A DNA stretch of 64,000 nt from Utricularia gibba (taxonomy: Eukaryota > Plantae > Magnoliophyta), in the NCBI GenBank assembly GCA_002189035.1, contig NEEC01000004.1:4650001-4714000 (forward strand), given 5' to 3'. The notes beneath the pieces are model-generated. The model worked only from the letters and a program-made list of their open reading frames with translations, did not search any database and had not been told where the DNA came from. Positions 10,302-22,272 of this stretch are shown one piece after another. A program made the translations under genes and the position numbers. Each line of letters begins with the position of its first letter. The first letter of the stretch is position 1.

Positions 10302-11973
10302 ATGACTGCTAAATTTGCAGTTATAACGGGGGTTGGAATAGCGCTCTTACTAGTGGGCATAGTCGCCTTTTTAATATGGTTTTCAACTTCATGTTCACTA
10401 AACTGTCTAACGAAGAATCGGAAACCGGCTCCTCAGATCCATCGGCAGCTCCTGGTAATTCCTGCGCATAAACCAACTTTTTTTTTTTTTCATTCTGTAC
10501 TTTTTGTTCGTTGGTGCTTGTCTAACTTTAATGTTGGATTTTCATGGTGGAGATGACCAGTGGCAGAAGCGGTGGCCCTTATTCAACTTCACCTCTCACT
10601 ATTTCCAGTTCACAAGAAGCTAGAAAATTCAGGATTGAAGAACTGGAGCAAGCCACCAGATCCTTCCATCAGAGCAACCTTATTGGTTGTGGAACTTTCG
10701 GCCAGGTTTTTAAAGGACTGCTGTCTGATGGAACTATTGGTGCCGTCAAGCGACGTAGTGGGCCACCTCAACTGGAGTTCATTGAAGAGGTAAGTTAGAA
10801 AATAGATACATCTTCTTATTCAGGGCATACATACTATAGATTCAGATTGTCTCTCTGAGAGATTTGAGGCTTTTTCTTTGTTTTAGGTATGCCATCTGTC
10901 GAGGATCCGGCACAGAAGTTTGGTTACCCTTCTTGGTTACTGTCAAGACAGAGGATCACTGATGCTAGTTTTTGAGTTCTTGCCCAACGGCAGCATCAAA
11001 AGCCATTGGATGGTACTACTGAATCACTGGCTTTGTGTTCCATCTTCTCTCGCAAATGTTAACAGTATCACTCTCTGTTTTTTTTTTCTATTCGGTGCTT
11101 GTCATAAGACTCGAGGACCAAGCTCGAGTTCAAGCAGAGGCTCTCCATTTTGCTTGGTGCGGCAAGAGGTATTAAGTAATTTACACCCCTTCATGGGAGA
11201 TTGTGTAGATCGAACTTCTGGTTTCTTTTTCTGTTGTAGCAGGTTTATGCCATCTGCACTCTCTGCAAACTCCATTGGTTCATGGAAACTTCAGGACAGC
11301 AAATGTTCTGGTTGACGAACACTTCATTGCCAAGGTTTCGGATGCTGGAGTTTCAAGACTCATTGCGAAAGTCTGTGATGCATCTCCATCCTCCTCAAAG
11401 CTCCTTCGATCCCTTCAAAGATCCAGAGTAAGTTCGCTGGCTTCTTCCTCATGCTTCTTTCTCCTAATACCCTCATCAAGCAATGTGCAGGCTGGGAGCC
11501 AGCGACACACTTGCTGTGCCCAGCGAAGTTTACAGCTTCGGTATACTGCTGCTGGATCTCATCTCTAGAGAAGAGCTAAAAAATGTAAACGCCTTCCAAT
11601 CAAATGACACCATTCGCCACTGGGTACGTCCATTTCGAACCCCACACATCCACACAAATCCAGAAACAATAGAAAACAGGTGCAAGCCCGTCATCATCAT
11701 CATCTGCGAGAAGCTGATGAAGGAATGCAGGATGTGGTGAGGCTGATGCAGAGATGCGCTCGGTTCCCAGGAACAGAGAGGCCAAGAATGGTGGATGCGG
11801 TGCTGGAGCTGGAGCAGATACTGCAGAAGGAGATAACCAGAACGACGGTCGTCGGAGAAGGAACCCCCGCCGTTACGCTTGGGAGCCAACTCTTCACTGC
11901 CGGTTTGCCGTCGGCCGCCATACGCCGCCTCTCTCCCGCCCATGATCGGGGCGAGCAGGCGCGCGGTGATTGA
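10302..11973 (+). CDS. Receptor-like kinase with an N-terminal TM segment and no ectodomain; pseudokinase-like; several frameshifts in this sequence
   Basis: TM AVITGVGIALLLVGIVAFLIWF; FRIEELEQATRSF, IGCGTFGQVFKG, AVKRR, VTLLGYCQ, KLEFKQRLSI, HGNFRTANVL, KVSDAG, EVYSFGILLLDL, ERPRMVDAVLELEQIL. Frame breaks near 10380, 11006 and 11396-11408. Confidence 0.85.
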
Positions 11974-12264
11974 CGACGGGTACGCGGTGGTAGTGCATGA
12001 TGAAGGAAAATATTTGGAGTAATAAATAAAATTTGATTTTAATGATCAATTGGAGTATATGAAAAATAGTGGAGATTATTTATTAAAATATGATGAATTA
12101 AAAATGTCAATTTTAAAATATTAATAATTATATAGCATTTTTAAATATTGATGAATAATAATATTTTAAGGATGAATGAGTGGGACCAACTGTTGTGCCG
12201 TTATCTGATAACTTGCTTCATTTTCTGTGTATCTGATGCCAAAATCCTAGTGGTGCTTGCGGGT

Positions 12265-14851
12265 ATGGCGTTTGCTTCTGCGTTCTCGACGGCTTCTTTG
12301 CGGTTCAGACCAATGTGTTCTTCTGGTCGAAGACAAAATTCGCAGGGTGGTTCTGTGAGGAACGCGAGAACTCGGAACTTGAAGTCCCGGAAGCAACGCC
12401 CACCGTCGCAGTACCTTTCCGCGGTGGAAGGCGGGGAAGCTGCAACGTATACTCGGTTACCTCCTAAGGAGGACTTTGATTTTATTAATGCAGCTTTTGA
12501 TTCAGGTACTGAAGTAATAAGACTCTCTGATTTGGCGAAACCAACGGCTGTTCAGTCAAAGAGATTTGAGCAGAGTGTTGCGGAAATTGATGGGGGGAGT
12601 AAGCGAAGTGGGAAGGAGTTCAACTGGGAGGGCTTTTATGATGGTGATGTTGAGGAAGATGATAAAAAAAGCGGCGATAGGGAAGGGAATGGTGAGAGAT
12701 ATGAGCTTTATGAAGTGGGATTTGACGATGATTATGATGATGGGGATTTTGTGGATGGAGGAGAGGACTTGAAAGGACTGAAAGGTGAGCTAATTGACGA
12801 GGAAGAGGAAATTCAAGAGAAGGAAAAAGGGTTGCCTGCAGTAATGAGATGTTTTGATAGAGCAAAAATTTATGTAAAAGCAGGAGATGGAGGAAATGGT
12901 GTGGTTGCTTTTAGGAGGGAAAAGTTTGTTCCTTTAGGGGGCCATCAGGGGGAGATGGTGGAAGGGGTGGAAATGTGTATATGGAGGTTGATGGAGCAAT
13001 GAATTCTCTGTTGTCATTCAGAAAGAGTATCCATTTTCGGGCGGGGAGGGGAGGTCATGGACAAGGTCAACAGAAATACGGAGCCAAGGGTGAAAGTATA
13101 GTTGTAAAGGTCCCCCCTGGAACAGTTGTTCGTGAGAGTGGTGGAGATGTGTTGTTAGAGTTGTTGCATCCAGGGCAAAGGGCATTGTTGTTGCCCGGAG
13201 GTAGAGGTGGGAGAGGTAATGCAGCGTTTAAGACAGGGATGAATAAGGCACCTAAAATTGCTGAGAATGGAGAAGAGGGGCCTGAAATGTGAGCTTCCCT
13301 ATGTGTTACACTTCCCTTGTTGAAATATGATTGCTGTCTATGGGTTTAGTTTTGGCTAAATTTGATTTTGGATCCTCAACTTACTGAAAGCGCTTGTCTT
13401 TTCTTTGGTTAAGAGTCTAAATGGTGTAGGACATGTGTCTGTTTCAAGAAAATGCAACGCCGTATACCTGAGTTCTTTACTCTGACTCATTCTGGGTCAG
13501 CTTCTTCTGCAACTACAACTAAATTTCGCTATTTGAGCACTTCAGTTGCGTGTGTTTGCTGCTGCTCGGTTGTGATGCATTTCGTTATACTCTGTTTAGC
13601 ATTTGCTGATCAGGTGGCTCGAGTTGGAGCTAAAGTTGGTGGCAGATGTTGGGATTATCGGAGCTCCAAATGCTGGAAAAAGCACGTTTCTCAGTGTCAT
13701 CAGCGCTGCTCAGCCAGCTATTGCCGATTATCCTTTCACAACACTACTTCCAAATCTTGGTGTTGTTTCATTTGATTATGATGCTTCAATAGTTGTAGCT
13801 GATTTACCAGGGCTGCTGGAAGGTGCTCATCGTGGTTTCGGTTTAGGACACGAGTTTCTTCGGCATACAGAAAGATGCTCAGTCCTGGTAACGTCCTTAA
13901 CCCAATTTGTTACTGGATACAGATCAAGAGCTAAGTAGATACTGTCCATCTGGTGAATAGGTGCACGTAGTTGATGGTTCATCGCAGCAGCCTCTGTACG
14001 AGTTTGATGCAGTTCGCTTGGAGCTCGAAATGTTCAATCCAGAACTTTCCAAGAAACCTTACATTGTAGCATTCAACAAAATGGATCTACCTGAGGCTTC
14101 TGAAAACTGGGAACTTTTCAAACAGACGTTGTCAAGTTATGGTATTGAGGCGTTCTCGATGAGTGCAGCTACAAGCAATGGCACCCAAGAAGTCATAAAC
14201 TCTGCTTATAACCTTTTAAGAAGTTCAACTGATGATAAAGAAGGTCAGAGATTTTTTTTTCAAATGCAGTTAAAGGTCGTTATTTGTCTGATACATGCCC
14301 TAAAAGGATGAAGTTTTTTTTTTTTTTTTTTTTTCAGGCATGTATGAACCAGAGAACTTGAATCATGTAGCTGATGTAATGCAGAAGCAACGAGCGGCTC
14401 CAATAAACGAGTTCCAGATCTCGTATGACAGCTCAATGAATACATATCATGTCCTGGGGCAGGCTTGGAGCGGTTTGTCCAAATGACAAACTGGAGGTCG
14501 ATATATAAACTATAACCTCAAAACATGAACAATGGCTGCTTCATCTCATTATCCATATTTCACTTGGAGCAGATACGAAGAGTCGGAAAGAAGGTTTCAA
14601 CATGTCATGGAAGCCTGTGGTGTCGACAGATCCCTCAAGAAACTTGGCGTGAAGGAAGGAGATACTGTGATTGTCGCAGGGGTATGCTGTTAAACTCCAA
14701 ATCAACTCAAAAGGATCATGAACTCATTTCCAGTCTTGTATGATAGTTCATTTGTATCTATGATTCTTTGCAGATGGAACTTATCTGGTCTGATACTAAC
14801 AATGGAGGCACCCGTAGCCGGAGTAAGCGGGCAACGGAATCCCTCGAATGA
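12265..14851 (+). CDS. OBGC: Chloroplast Obg/CgtA GTPase (ObgC)
   Basis: Transit-like N-terminus, acidic linker, [81 protein letters not shown]; TGA at 14849-14851. Frameshifts at G-runs 12937-12941 and 14456-14459. Confidence 0.95.
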
Positions 14852-15621
14852 CATATTTCCGGCAGCATCATCTTTTCTCCAACTACAATGTGATACATGT
14901 CCGAGATCCATGTGTATTTATGGGAGACAAGGATACCAGAACACTCATCCATAGCTCCTGATGCAAACAAGGTTCTCAAAGAGTTGTCTGGTGGTAAGTT
15001 GTTGTACATATTATTCTATCAACTGGGGTTGCAGAATTCTGAGCCCATGTACCCTCGCACTGTTCTTCTTCATACAATAAAACACCATGGCCTTTTGCTG
15101 GATCTGTACCCTGTAGAAAATTTCAATGGAGAATCCAAACTGTGCACCAGAACTGGTAACAGATGGGTTTCCTTTTCATGCTTTAACTAGTTGTGTACTT
15201 TAGATCTGGTGAATCATACCTCAGGCATGAACATAGACATGAGTCTGGTGACTCAGCAGAAGAAAGAACTTATGGCAGAACAGGGCAATGATATATAATA
15301 TTTGGTTAAACAGGTGGCTAAGTCACACAATCGTGCTGCATGATTTGTAACAAGACAAAGAACCACACACATTCCATGTGCTGCGATCAGGTATGTACCT
15401 TGTACCTATCCTCATCATCGGCAAAGGGATATGTTCTTACTTGGCATTGACCCCTCCATCCTCATCCTCCTCAGCATCAAGAAAATGATGATGAACTTAT
15501 CCATCGTATCAGCTGTTGACTGATCTGATTTCCAGGTTTCCTGTTCCTCCAGGTCGCTTTCATTCAGCAGTGAAGCCAACTATACGTAATTATACGACTT
15601 GTCGCTACTGGGCGCCACCAT
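14758..15621 (-). pseudogene. Candidate degraded multi-exon gene of unknown family
   Basis: ATG at 15621 opens MVAPSSDKSYNYV*LASLLNESDLEEQETWK; acidic segments follow in other frames; downstream GT-AG junctions join in consistent phase to the ORF at 14758-15009. No family recognised. Confidence 0.3.
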
Positions 15622-15973
15622 GGGTTTCAGCACGTTTTAAGTAGCCCCCCATCGGCAGACACGAAGAAGCGTATACAAGTTTTCTTTCCACGGACGGCCT
15701 ACAAATTACGTGAAAAAACAACCGTTGCTTCATCTGGGCTCCTCGCAGATGAAGAAAAGCTGTATTCTTTATGAATGGGGCAAAATGTCATTGAAAATTT
15801 TTTGATGGGATTGATGTGAATGCGTGGTTCTTTCTTGAGTAATGGGTAGGCTTAATGTTTCTAGTCTCCGGCTGCTTCGTGCGATCGATCATAGGCTTCC
15901 CTGGGGCGGCATTTGTTTGGAGAAGGTGGTGAAACGGATGCGCTTCCAGGTGGGAATGATGCATGAAGAGGAA

Positions 15974-18038
15974 ATGTGGACCGCCGCCGCAAACCCATTT
16001 CAACGTGATCTTCTTTCCGGCCATTGGGCTGAGTGTCCACCGATTCTGGCACTAAACCGGCTTTTCTCATCCGGACTTCGGCGTGCACATGTAATTAGCC
16101 TTTTCATGCTGCTTAAGATTCGATGGAGAAATTTTTGTGATCAGTTTTAACGTATGTGTTCATCTTTCAGGAGCCATACCATTTTGCATCCTCCCACCGC
16201 TGCTATAGTAGCACTGCTAGTCCCCTGAAAACTGACAGGTTCTGGCTTAGAGGATTCTGTGCTTCTTCATTGAGATTGTGAGCTTACAAGATTTGAACTT
16301 TGCAGTGAACTCGATCTCCCTGAATTGGCTGACATTGATTGGGACAATCTTGGTTTCGCTCTAAGGCCTACTGATTACATGTACACGATGAAATGCTCCA
16401 GAGGCGAGGATTTCAGTGATGGTGAGTTGCAGAGATTTGGGAACATAGAGTTGAGTCCATCTTCTGGTGTTCTTAACTATGGCCAGGTTCATCATCTGCT
16501 TTTTGTTTCTCCTTGTTGTATTTCTGATGTGCAAACAATGCTATTTAGTTACTGCTTTGAGTGAAAATTCAGGGACTGTTTGAGGGTCTAAAGGCGTATA
16601 GGAAGAAAGATGGTGATATTTTGCTATTTCGTCCTGAGGAGCACGCATTGAGGCTCAAAGCAGGAGCAGATCGAATGTGCATGTCATGCCCAAGTGTAGA
16701 ACAGTTTCTGGAGGCTGTAAAACTCACTGTTTTATCCAACAAAAGATGGGTAATCATAACTGAAAGTTCATTTCTTGCTGTAGATGATTCTTTGTTTGAA
16801 ATGAAATGATGTAGCACTTTTCGATTTCAGATCCCACCATTCGGTAAAGGTGCATTGTATATAAGACCACTGCTGATGGGCAGTGGAGCTGTTCTTGGCC
16901 TCGCACCTGCTCCAGAATACACCTTCCTGATCTTTGTTTCACCGGTTGGCAACTACTTCAAGGTACAATGAGCAGGTTCTTTGTTTCCCATTTTGGCATT
17001 TTCAATCAAAGATCCATTGTAATTCCTTGGCTAAATGTTTAAACCTCGACACCAATGCTTCACGTCCATCTGCATGCCTGATAAACGATCATTACAACTT
17101 GCTTCTCATATTTCTGCTCCATTATGACGATTTTGATCTTCTTTGTCTCCCTTTCAGGAAGGGGTGGCTCCCATAAATCTACTAGTCGAGTCCAAATTTC
17201 ATCGAGCAGCTCCAGGCGGCACCGGAGGAGTTAAAACTATTGGAAATTATGCAGCAGTGAGTGACTGTGTGATAGTTTTCTGCTTCTTGTAATGAACCCC
17301 ATTCTAAGCACCTTCCTCTTCAATGTTGTATTTTCCGTTGCAGGTTCTAAAGGCACAGGCTGCTGCTAAAGCAAAGGGGTATTCTGATGTTTTGTATCTA
17401 GACAGTGTTCACAAAAGATACTTGGAAGAAGTCTCCTCCTGCAATGTATTCGTTGTCAAGGTACTTGCGACTCCATTTCTTCCAAGAGCTTTCAATCGCA
17501 GCTTTTCCAACCATTGTTGACAACTGCTAGTTTTACAATCAAACTATTTTTCAGGATAACATAGTATCAACTCCTGCTACGCAAGGAACCATCCTCCCCG
17601 GGATCACCAGAAAGAGTATTCTAGATGTAGCTCGAAGTCAAGGATTCCAGGTAACTTGCACCTAGTTTTTCGATCAAAAACAGGTTTCAGTTCTCAGTTT
17701 TCTTCCTTGCAACTGCATTCCAAGGTCGAGGAGCGTCCCATCCCAGTGGATGAATTGCTAGAAGCTGATGAAGTATTTTGCACTGGCACCGCAGTTGTCG
17801 TTTCACCTGTGGGTAGCATTACTTACCTTGGCAGAAGGTTGGTTCCCAGACTAATACTTTAGTTGTGATAGATAAGATACCTGAGCTAGAAGCTCTCTGA
17901 GTTTAGTGGGCTCTCTTGTGAAGGGTGACATTCGGAATCGATGGATATGGGCGCGTTTCGAAGCTCATTCACTCTGCTCTCACGAGCCTTCAGATGGGAC
18001 TGATAGAGGATAAGATGGGGTGGACTGTCAAGCTGTGA
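15974..18038 (+). CDS. BCAT: Branched-chain amino acid aminotransferase (plastid BCAT3/5 type); start codon uncertain, conserved from about 16308
   Basis: [51 protein letters not shown] (PLP lysine), [34 protein letters not shown]; TGA at 18036-18038; all internal splice phases are consistent. Confidence 0.95.
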
Positions 18039-18857
18039 AGTGCTTTTCAGATCAAAGGAACTACAGCTTATCACTGTCTCATGAGTTGGCTCTCTCTTCC
18101 TGAATACTCCAAGACTTTGTGCTAATAATTTTCCAGCAGCTGCTTATAATGTTTTCTCTTTAATAATGGAAAGTCCGGATGCAGCAGTGTCTCTTCATTC
18201 TTCCCGAGATATCCCTAAATCTAACACCAAACCATGCAGCAAATTAAATAAAGCATCCCCTTCCTTTTATTCATCTTACTTGTACAGGAAACTGGTAATG
18301 ATTCAGAGCAGCATAGATTAAAGAAACATGGCGCCAACTAAACCAAATTACCCACTTACAGATACGATATATGCATGCATATATGTCCTTTCTGGGAATG
18401 ATTCAAAAGAAAGAAAAGAAGCAGCAGGGTCAAGATAACGCACTGGCGCGGCGAGGAAATCAAAGCAGTCACTTGCAGGTATGTATAAATAATGGATGTA
18501 CTGCTGCTTTTCCTCTGTTTTTCCCTCTTTAATCCTTTGTATGTCCCATCCATGCAGTAGAATCCGTTGAATCTCATGCTGTAATCTCTGCGGCTTCATC
18601 AAACAATGAAACTTCGGACTGCAAAAATTATGCTGATCCTCCATCTACTTCGATGTCAAGATACTGGATGCTGTGCACGCGGATGATGAAAGTGGTCAGC
18701 AGTAGTTTCTACCTGAAAAAAAAAATTGCACTCTTCACCCCACCTGTAGATTTTCCAGCTATAAACTTGAAGAGCCCTTCTGTGTTTTCTGTACACTGCA
18801 TCCCCCTGGTACACATCCAGGCTTCATAGGAATCCCAAAAATGATGCATGATAAAAT

Positions 18858-20882
18858 TCACACAACTGAATCCGATGAGTTGATAGCCCTTTTCCTACAA
18901 CCCCATTTTCGCTGACGAGCTCTCCGCTTCCTCTTCCCTTGTGTCTTTGCCTTAGCCTTCTCTTTCAAGCTTCTCTCCCCACGCCTTTTATACATCTTGA
19001 ACGTCACCTGTCTCTCTGCAGCCATTTCCCTGACCTTCTCTGTAATCTCAACAGCAAGCTGCCTGTTATAAAGCTTTTTCAGAGCTTTCATCAGCTTTGC
19101 AAATGTGTCCGGCTGAGGCATCAACCCAGCGTCCATCATATGCAAACAATAAATGCAAGCCTCCTTCACATGCCCTTTTGAAAAGAGAGCATGAATCCAG
19201 ATCGTCCATGCATACACATTTAGCTCGCATCCCTTGCTCGTTATGCAGCTCCAGACATCCTTGGCGAGTTGAAGCTTATCTGCTCTCAATAGTGAATTCA
19301 ACAAATCCTTCAGAAGACCGTACTGCGGCACAGCAAGCATGCCACGTTCGACCATTTCCTTGAAATAGTCACAAGCTTCGACCAAATTCCCATGCTCAAC
19401 AAGGCCATTGATCAGAATAATGAAGGTGTCAACCCCAGGGCTTATGCCATTAGCTTCCAACTCGTTCATGTACTTCATGCCATCTTCGATCTCCCCTAAT
19501 TTACATGCAAGGCGAATCATAATATTGTATATGTTGATATCAGGCATTACACCAATCTTCCGCATTTCATCAGCAAGTTCAGTGCATTCCTCCAGCCCTT
19601 CCTTCTTCTCATGAGCTAACATCAGGTGCATATAAGTGCACTGGTTAGGAAGATGCCCCTTCTGGATCATAGCATCCAGAAGCTCGTAGCCCTTTTCAAT
19701 CTTGCCCCATTTACAAAATCCGCTAATCAAGGTGGTATACGTTACAACGTCGGCGACACAGCCATGCTGGTCCATGTCAAGAAACAATGTCATTGCCTCC
19801 ACCATTTTTTCTCTAGCACAAAGGGCCTGAATCACAATAGTATATGACGTTGCATTTGGCTCACAGTGATTTCTCCTCATCTCTTGCAAAAGATGGAAAG
19901 CATCAGCAAATTTACCGGATACTGAATACCCGGTGAGTAAATTATTATACACTACAACATCAGGCTCAAAACCAGCTTCCCTCATCTTTTGCAGTAGTAC
20001 TTTTGCCTCCATTAGCTTTCCCTCTTTGCACCATCCATACAACAAGGAGGTGAAATGCTTTATTGTAGGTTTGAATCTAACATGCATATCCTCAAACAGC
20101 AAAGCAGCTTCCTTCACACTACCATTCTTGCACAATGCATCTAACAAGCAACCAAAAACATACTCATCAGGTTCGCATCCATACTTGGGCATTTCATCCA
20201 AGACTTCAATTGCCCTTTTCACCATTCTTGCCGATGCAAATCTCCTCATCAGAACAATAAACACCTCAGGTGACAGAAGCTGAGGATTCTCCTTCCTCAT
20301 CTCTTCTATAAGTGCCCAAACAGCTCCAAATTGTCTCATTTTCCCCAAAATCTTAATCATTGCTTTATAAACGTCATGACTATTCTTGTATCCAGGCTGT
20401 CTTGAAGCCCACGCATAGAATCTATATCCCAAGTTCCCAGCATCACCACATCGGTTAAGCACTCTTTCAGTCAACCCAGGCCTCACAGAAACACCGGATT
20501 GCTGCAAAGCAAGTTCCAATTTTGGGACCCTGGAACTGAACTTTTTAAGTATCCGATATATCTTCTCAACATCAGCTGAAAAATCATCGGAATCATTGAC
20601 ATCAATTCCATCAGAAATGTCCTCTGAATTTCTGATGCGGAGAAGATCAAAACCTCGTACAGGTTTACCCACGGTGTCAGATATACGAATCTTCGACACT
20701 GCTTCGTTAGAGTCCACACCAGATTCTGATGAAATTTCCGATATTCCAAGTCCCGACAGCGAGGAGAGCCGTGCCACATTTGACGGCAACCTTAAAAAGG
20801 CCATATTTCCCCTGAAAACACTAACTTGAGAATGCCCACAGTTGAACAAGTTACTGAACCTCCGCACCCTGATTCTATGCAT
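18858..20882 (-). CDS. P-class pentatricopeptide repeat protein, intronless, 674 aa, probably organelle-targeted
   Basis: Uninterrupted ORF with tandem 35-aa PPR motifs (FTSLLYGWCKEGKLMEA, YTTLISGFCKWGKIEKG) and an Arg/Ser-rich N-terminus. Confidence 0.95.
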   Translation of the reverse strand: MHRIRVRRFSNLFNCGHSQVSVFRGNMAFLRLPSNVARLSSLSGLGISEISSESGVDSNEAVSKIRISDTVGKPVRGFDLLRIRNSEDISDGIDVNDSDDFSADVEKIYRILKKFSSRVPKLELALQQSGVSVRPGLTERVLNRCGDAGNLGYRFYAWASRQPGYKNSHDVYKAMIKILGKMRQFGAVWALIEEMRKENPQLLSPEVFIVLMRRFASARMVKRAIEVLDEMPKYGCEPDEYVFGCLLDALCKNGSVKEAALLFEDMHVRFKPTIKHFTSLLYGWCKEGKLMEAKVLLQKMREAGFEPDVVVYNNLLTGYSVSGKFADAFHLLQEMRRNHCEPNATSYTIVIQALCAREKMVEAMTLFLDMDQHGCVADVVTYTTLISGFCKWGKIEKGYELLDAMIQKGHLPNQCTYMHLMLAHEKKEGLEECTELADEMRKIGVMPDINIYNIMIRLACKLGEIEDGMKYMNELEANGISPGVDTFIILINGLVEHGNLVEACDYFKEMVERGMLAVPQYGLLKDLLNSLLRADKLQLAKDVWSCITSKGCELNVYAWTIWIHALFSKGHVKEACIYCLHMMDAGLMPQPDTFAKLMKALKKLYNRQLAVEITEKVREMAAERQVTFKMYKRRGERSLKEKAKAKTQGKRKRRARQRKWGCRKRAINSSDSVV

Positions 20883-22272
20883 AATCTACCAACTTTCCAG
20901 CGACAAAAACAACTCCTTGGTTCACTCCGCCACTTGAAACCCAATATAAACCCCCGACACGAACATCCAAAAATACATAATAAGCGTATCGAAGCAGCGT
21001 TGAAACTTCGATGAACGGCGCCAAGAAGAGCGGCGACGGCGTCTGATCAACGTACTGCGGTCTCCCGACAGCTCAATCGATTCATGGGTTGGGCTGGGCT
21101 TCACAACCCCCATACAAACCCACTTTCCGCAATCAACCCCACTCGGCCCATTTGGAAAATAAACCTAAAATAAAACTATTTATTTAACGTCAATTTTTTT
21201 ATTATCAAATATAAATAATAAATTATATTTTTAAAAAATTATAAACCTAAAATAAAAAAATAATTTTAGTATCAAACTTGAATAAATAATATATAATCTT
21301 ATGTTAGACTTCAATGAATACCCATGTGGCAAATACGATATAAATATTGTGATTTTTCATAAATTGTAATGATTATCATTATACACAGTATACTATTGTT
21401 CTGAAAAGGTCGCATTTGTTATCTTTCGATGAAGGTTTGGAGCTTGAAATATGATCTTATGTTAATTTTTAAGGGACTATCTTGTAACAAATATGACAAA
21501 AATATTACGAAGTCACATGAAAATCTGGAATTTGAAAGATGGAGTTTTTATCGAGGTAGATTATAACATAAATGTTACGATATATTACAATTTTTTTAAT
21601 TTTTAAAAAGTCGAGTAGAAGAAAGAAGAAAGAACATTGGAGACAATGAGCTTGGAGGGGGGTAATGCAGTTAACCTTGGCGTCTGTAGCGTGGGTTTCG
21701 GACAAAAGGGGACCCCAAGGGGTCTGACTTCTGATCCCTCATGGTCAAAGCGTCGAATGGCTGAAGAAGGAGCAGCATGGATCTGTCTGGGTCCGGCTTA
21801 CCGGAGGTGAAAAACAATTTAATCTTTTATTGACCATAGTTCACCAGTTTTTCACCTTCTGCAGCTGCCGGCTGTGCAGAGCTTCCGGTGTGTACAGCAT
21901 GGTGAATGATGATGTACTTACTCGTGCTGCTTATCTTTTTACAGGATAGTTTCAATGGTGGTTGAGTTTCAATGCCGGCGACTGGCTCTGGTTATCTTCG
22001 GTCGCCGGCAACTGGAACGACGGGGAAGAAATGGTACGAGGGAGCTTGGCGAATGTTTGCTAAACTGAGATCGGAATTTTTTCTTTTTTTTGGGGTTGAA
22101 AATGATGGGGGGATTGATTATCCATCTTCTTGCCGACAAAGGTCACATGATCCCAGATATCCCCGACATCGGAATGAGTACTAATAACATATTTTCCTTG
22201 AGGTGCTGCTAGGTTTCAGATTTTCCTACAAGGAGACACGCCACCACCTGTGGCGCTGCAGGACAAAAAGCA

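Noticed and set aside
11530-11943. Antisense ORFs over the RLK; likewise those over PPR, ACA, RPL26, GRX and AP2 coding regions
   Set aside because: They overlap well-supported genes and have no independent motifs.
14314-14334. T21 run
   Set aside because: Polypyrimidine tract at an ObgC 3' splice site; not a terminator or retro-insertion tail.
18348-18720. Minus-strand 98-aa ORF and a strong ttttcag acceptor downstream of the first PPR
   Set aside because: No homology recognised; best explained as PPR 3' UTR with a possible UTR intron.
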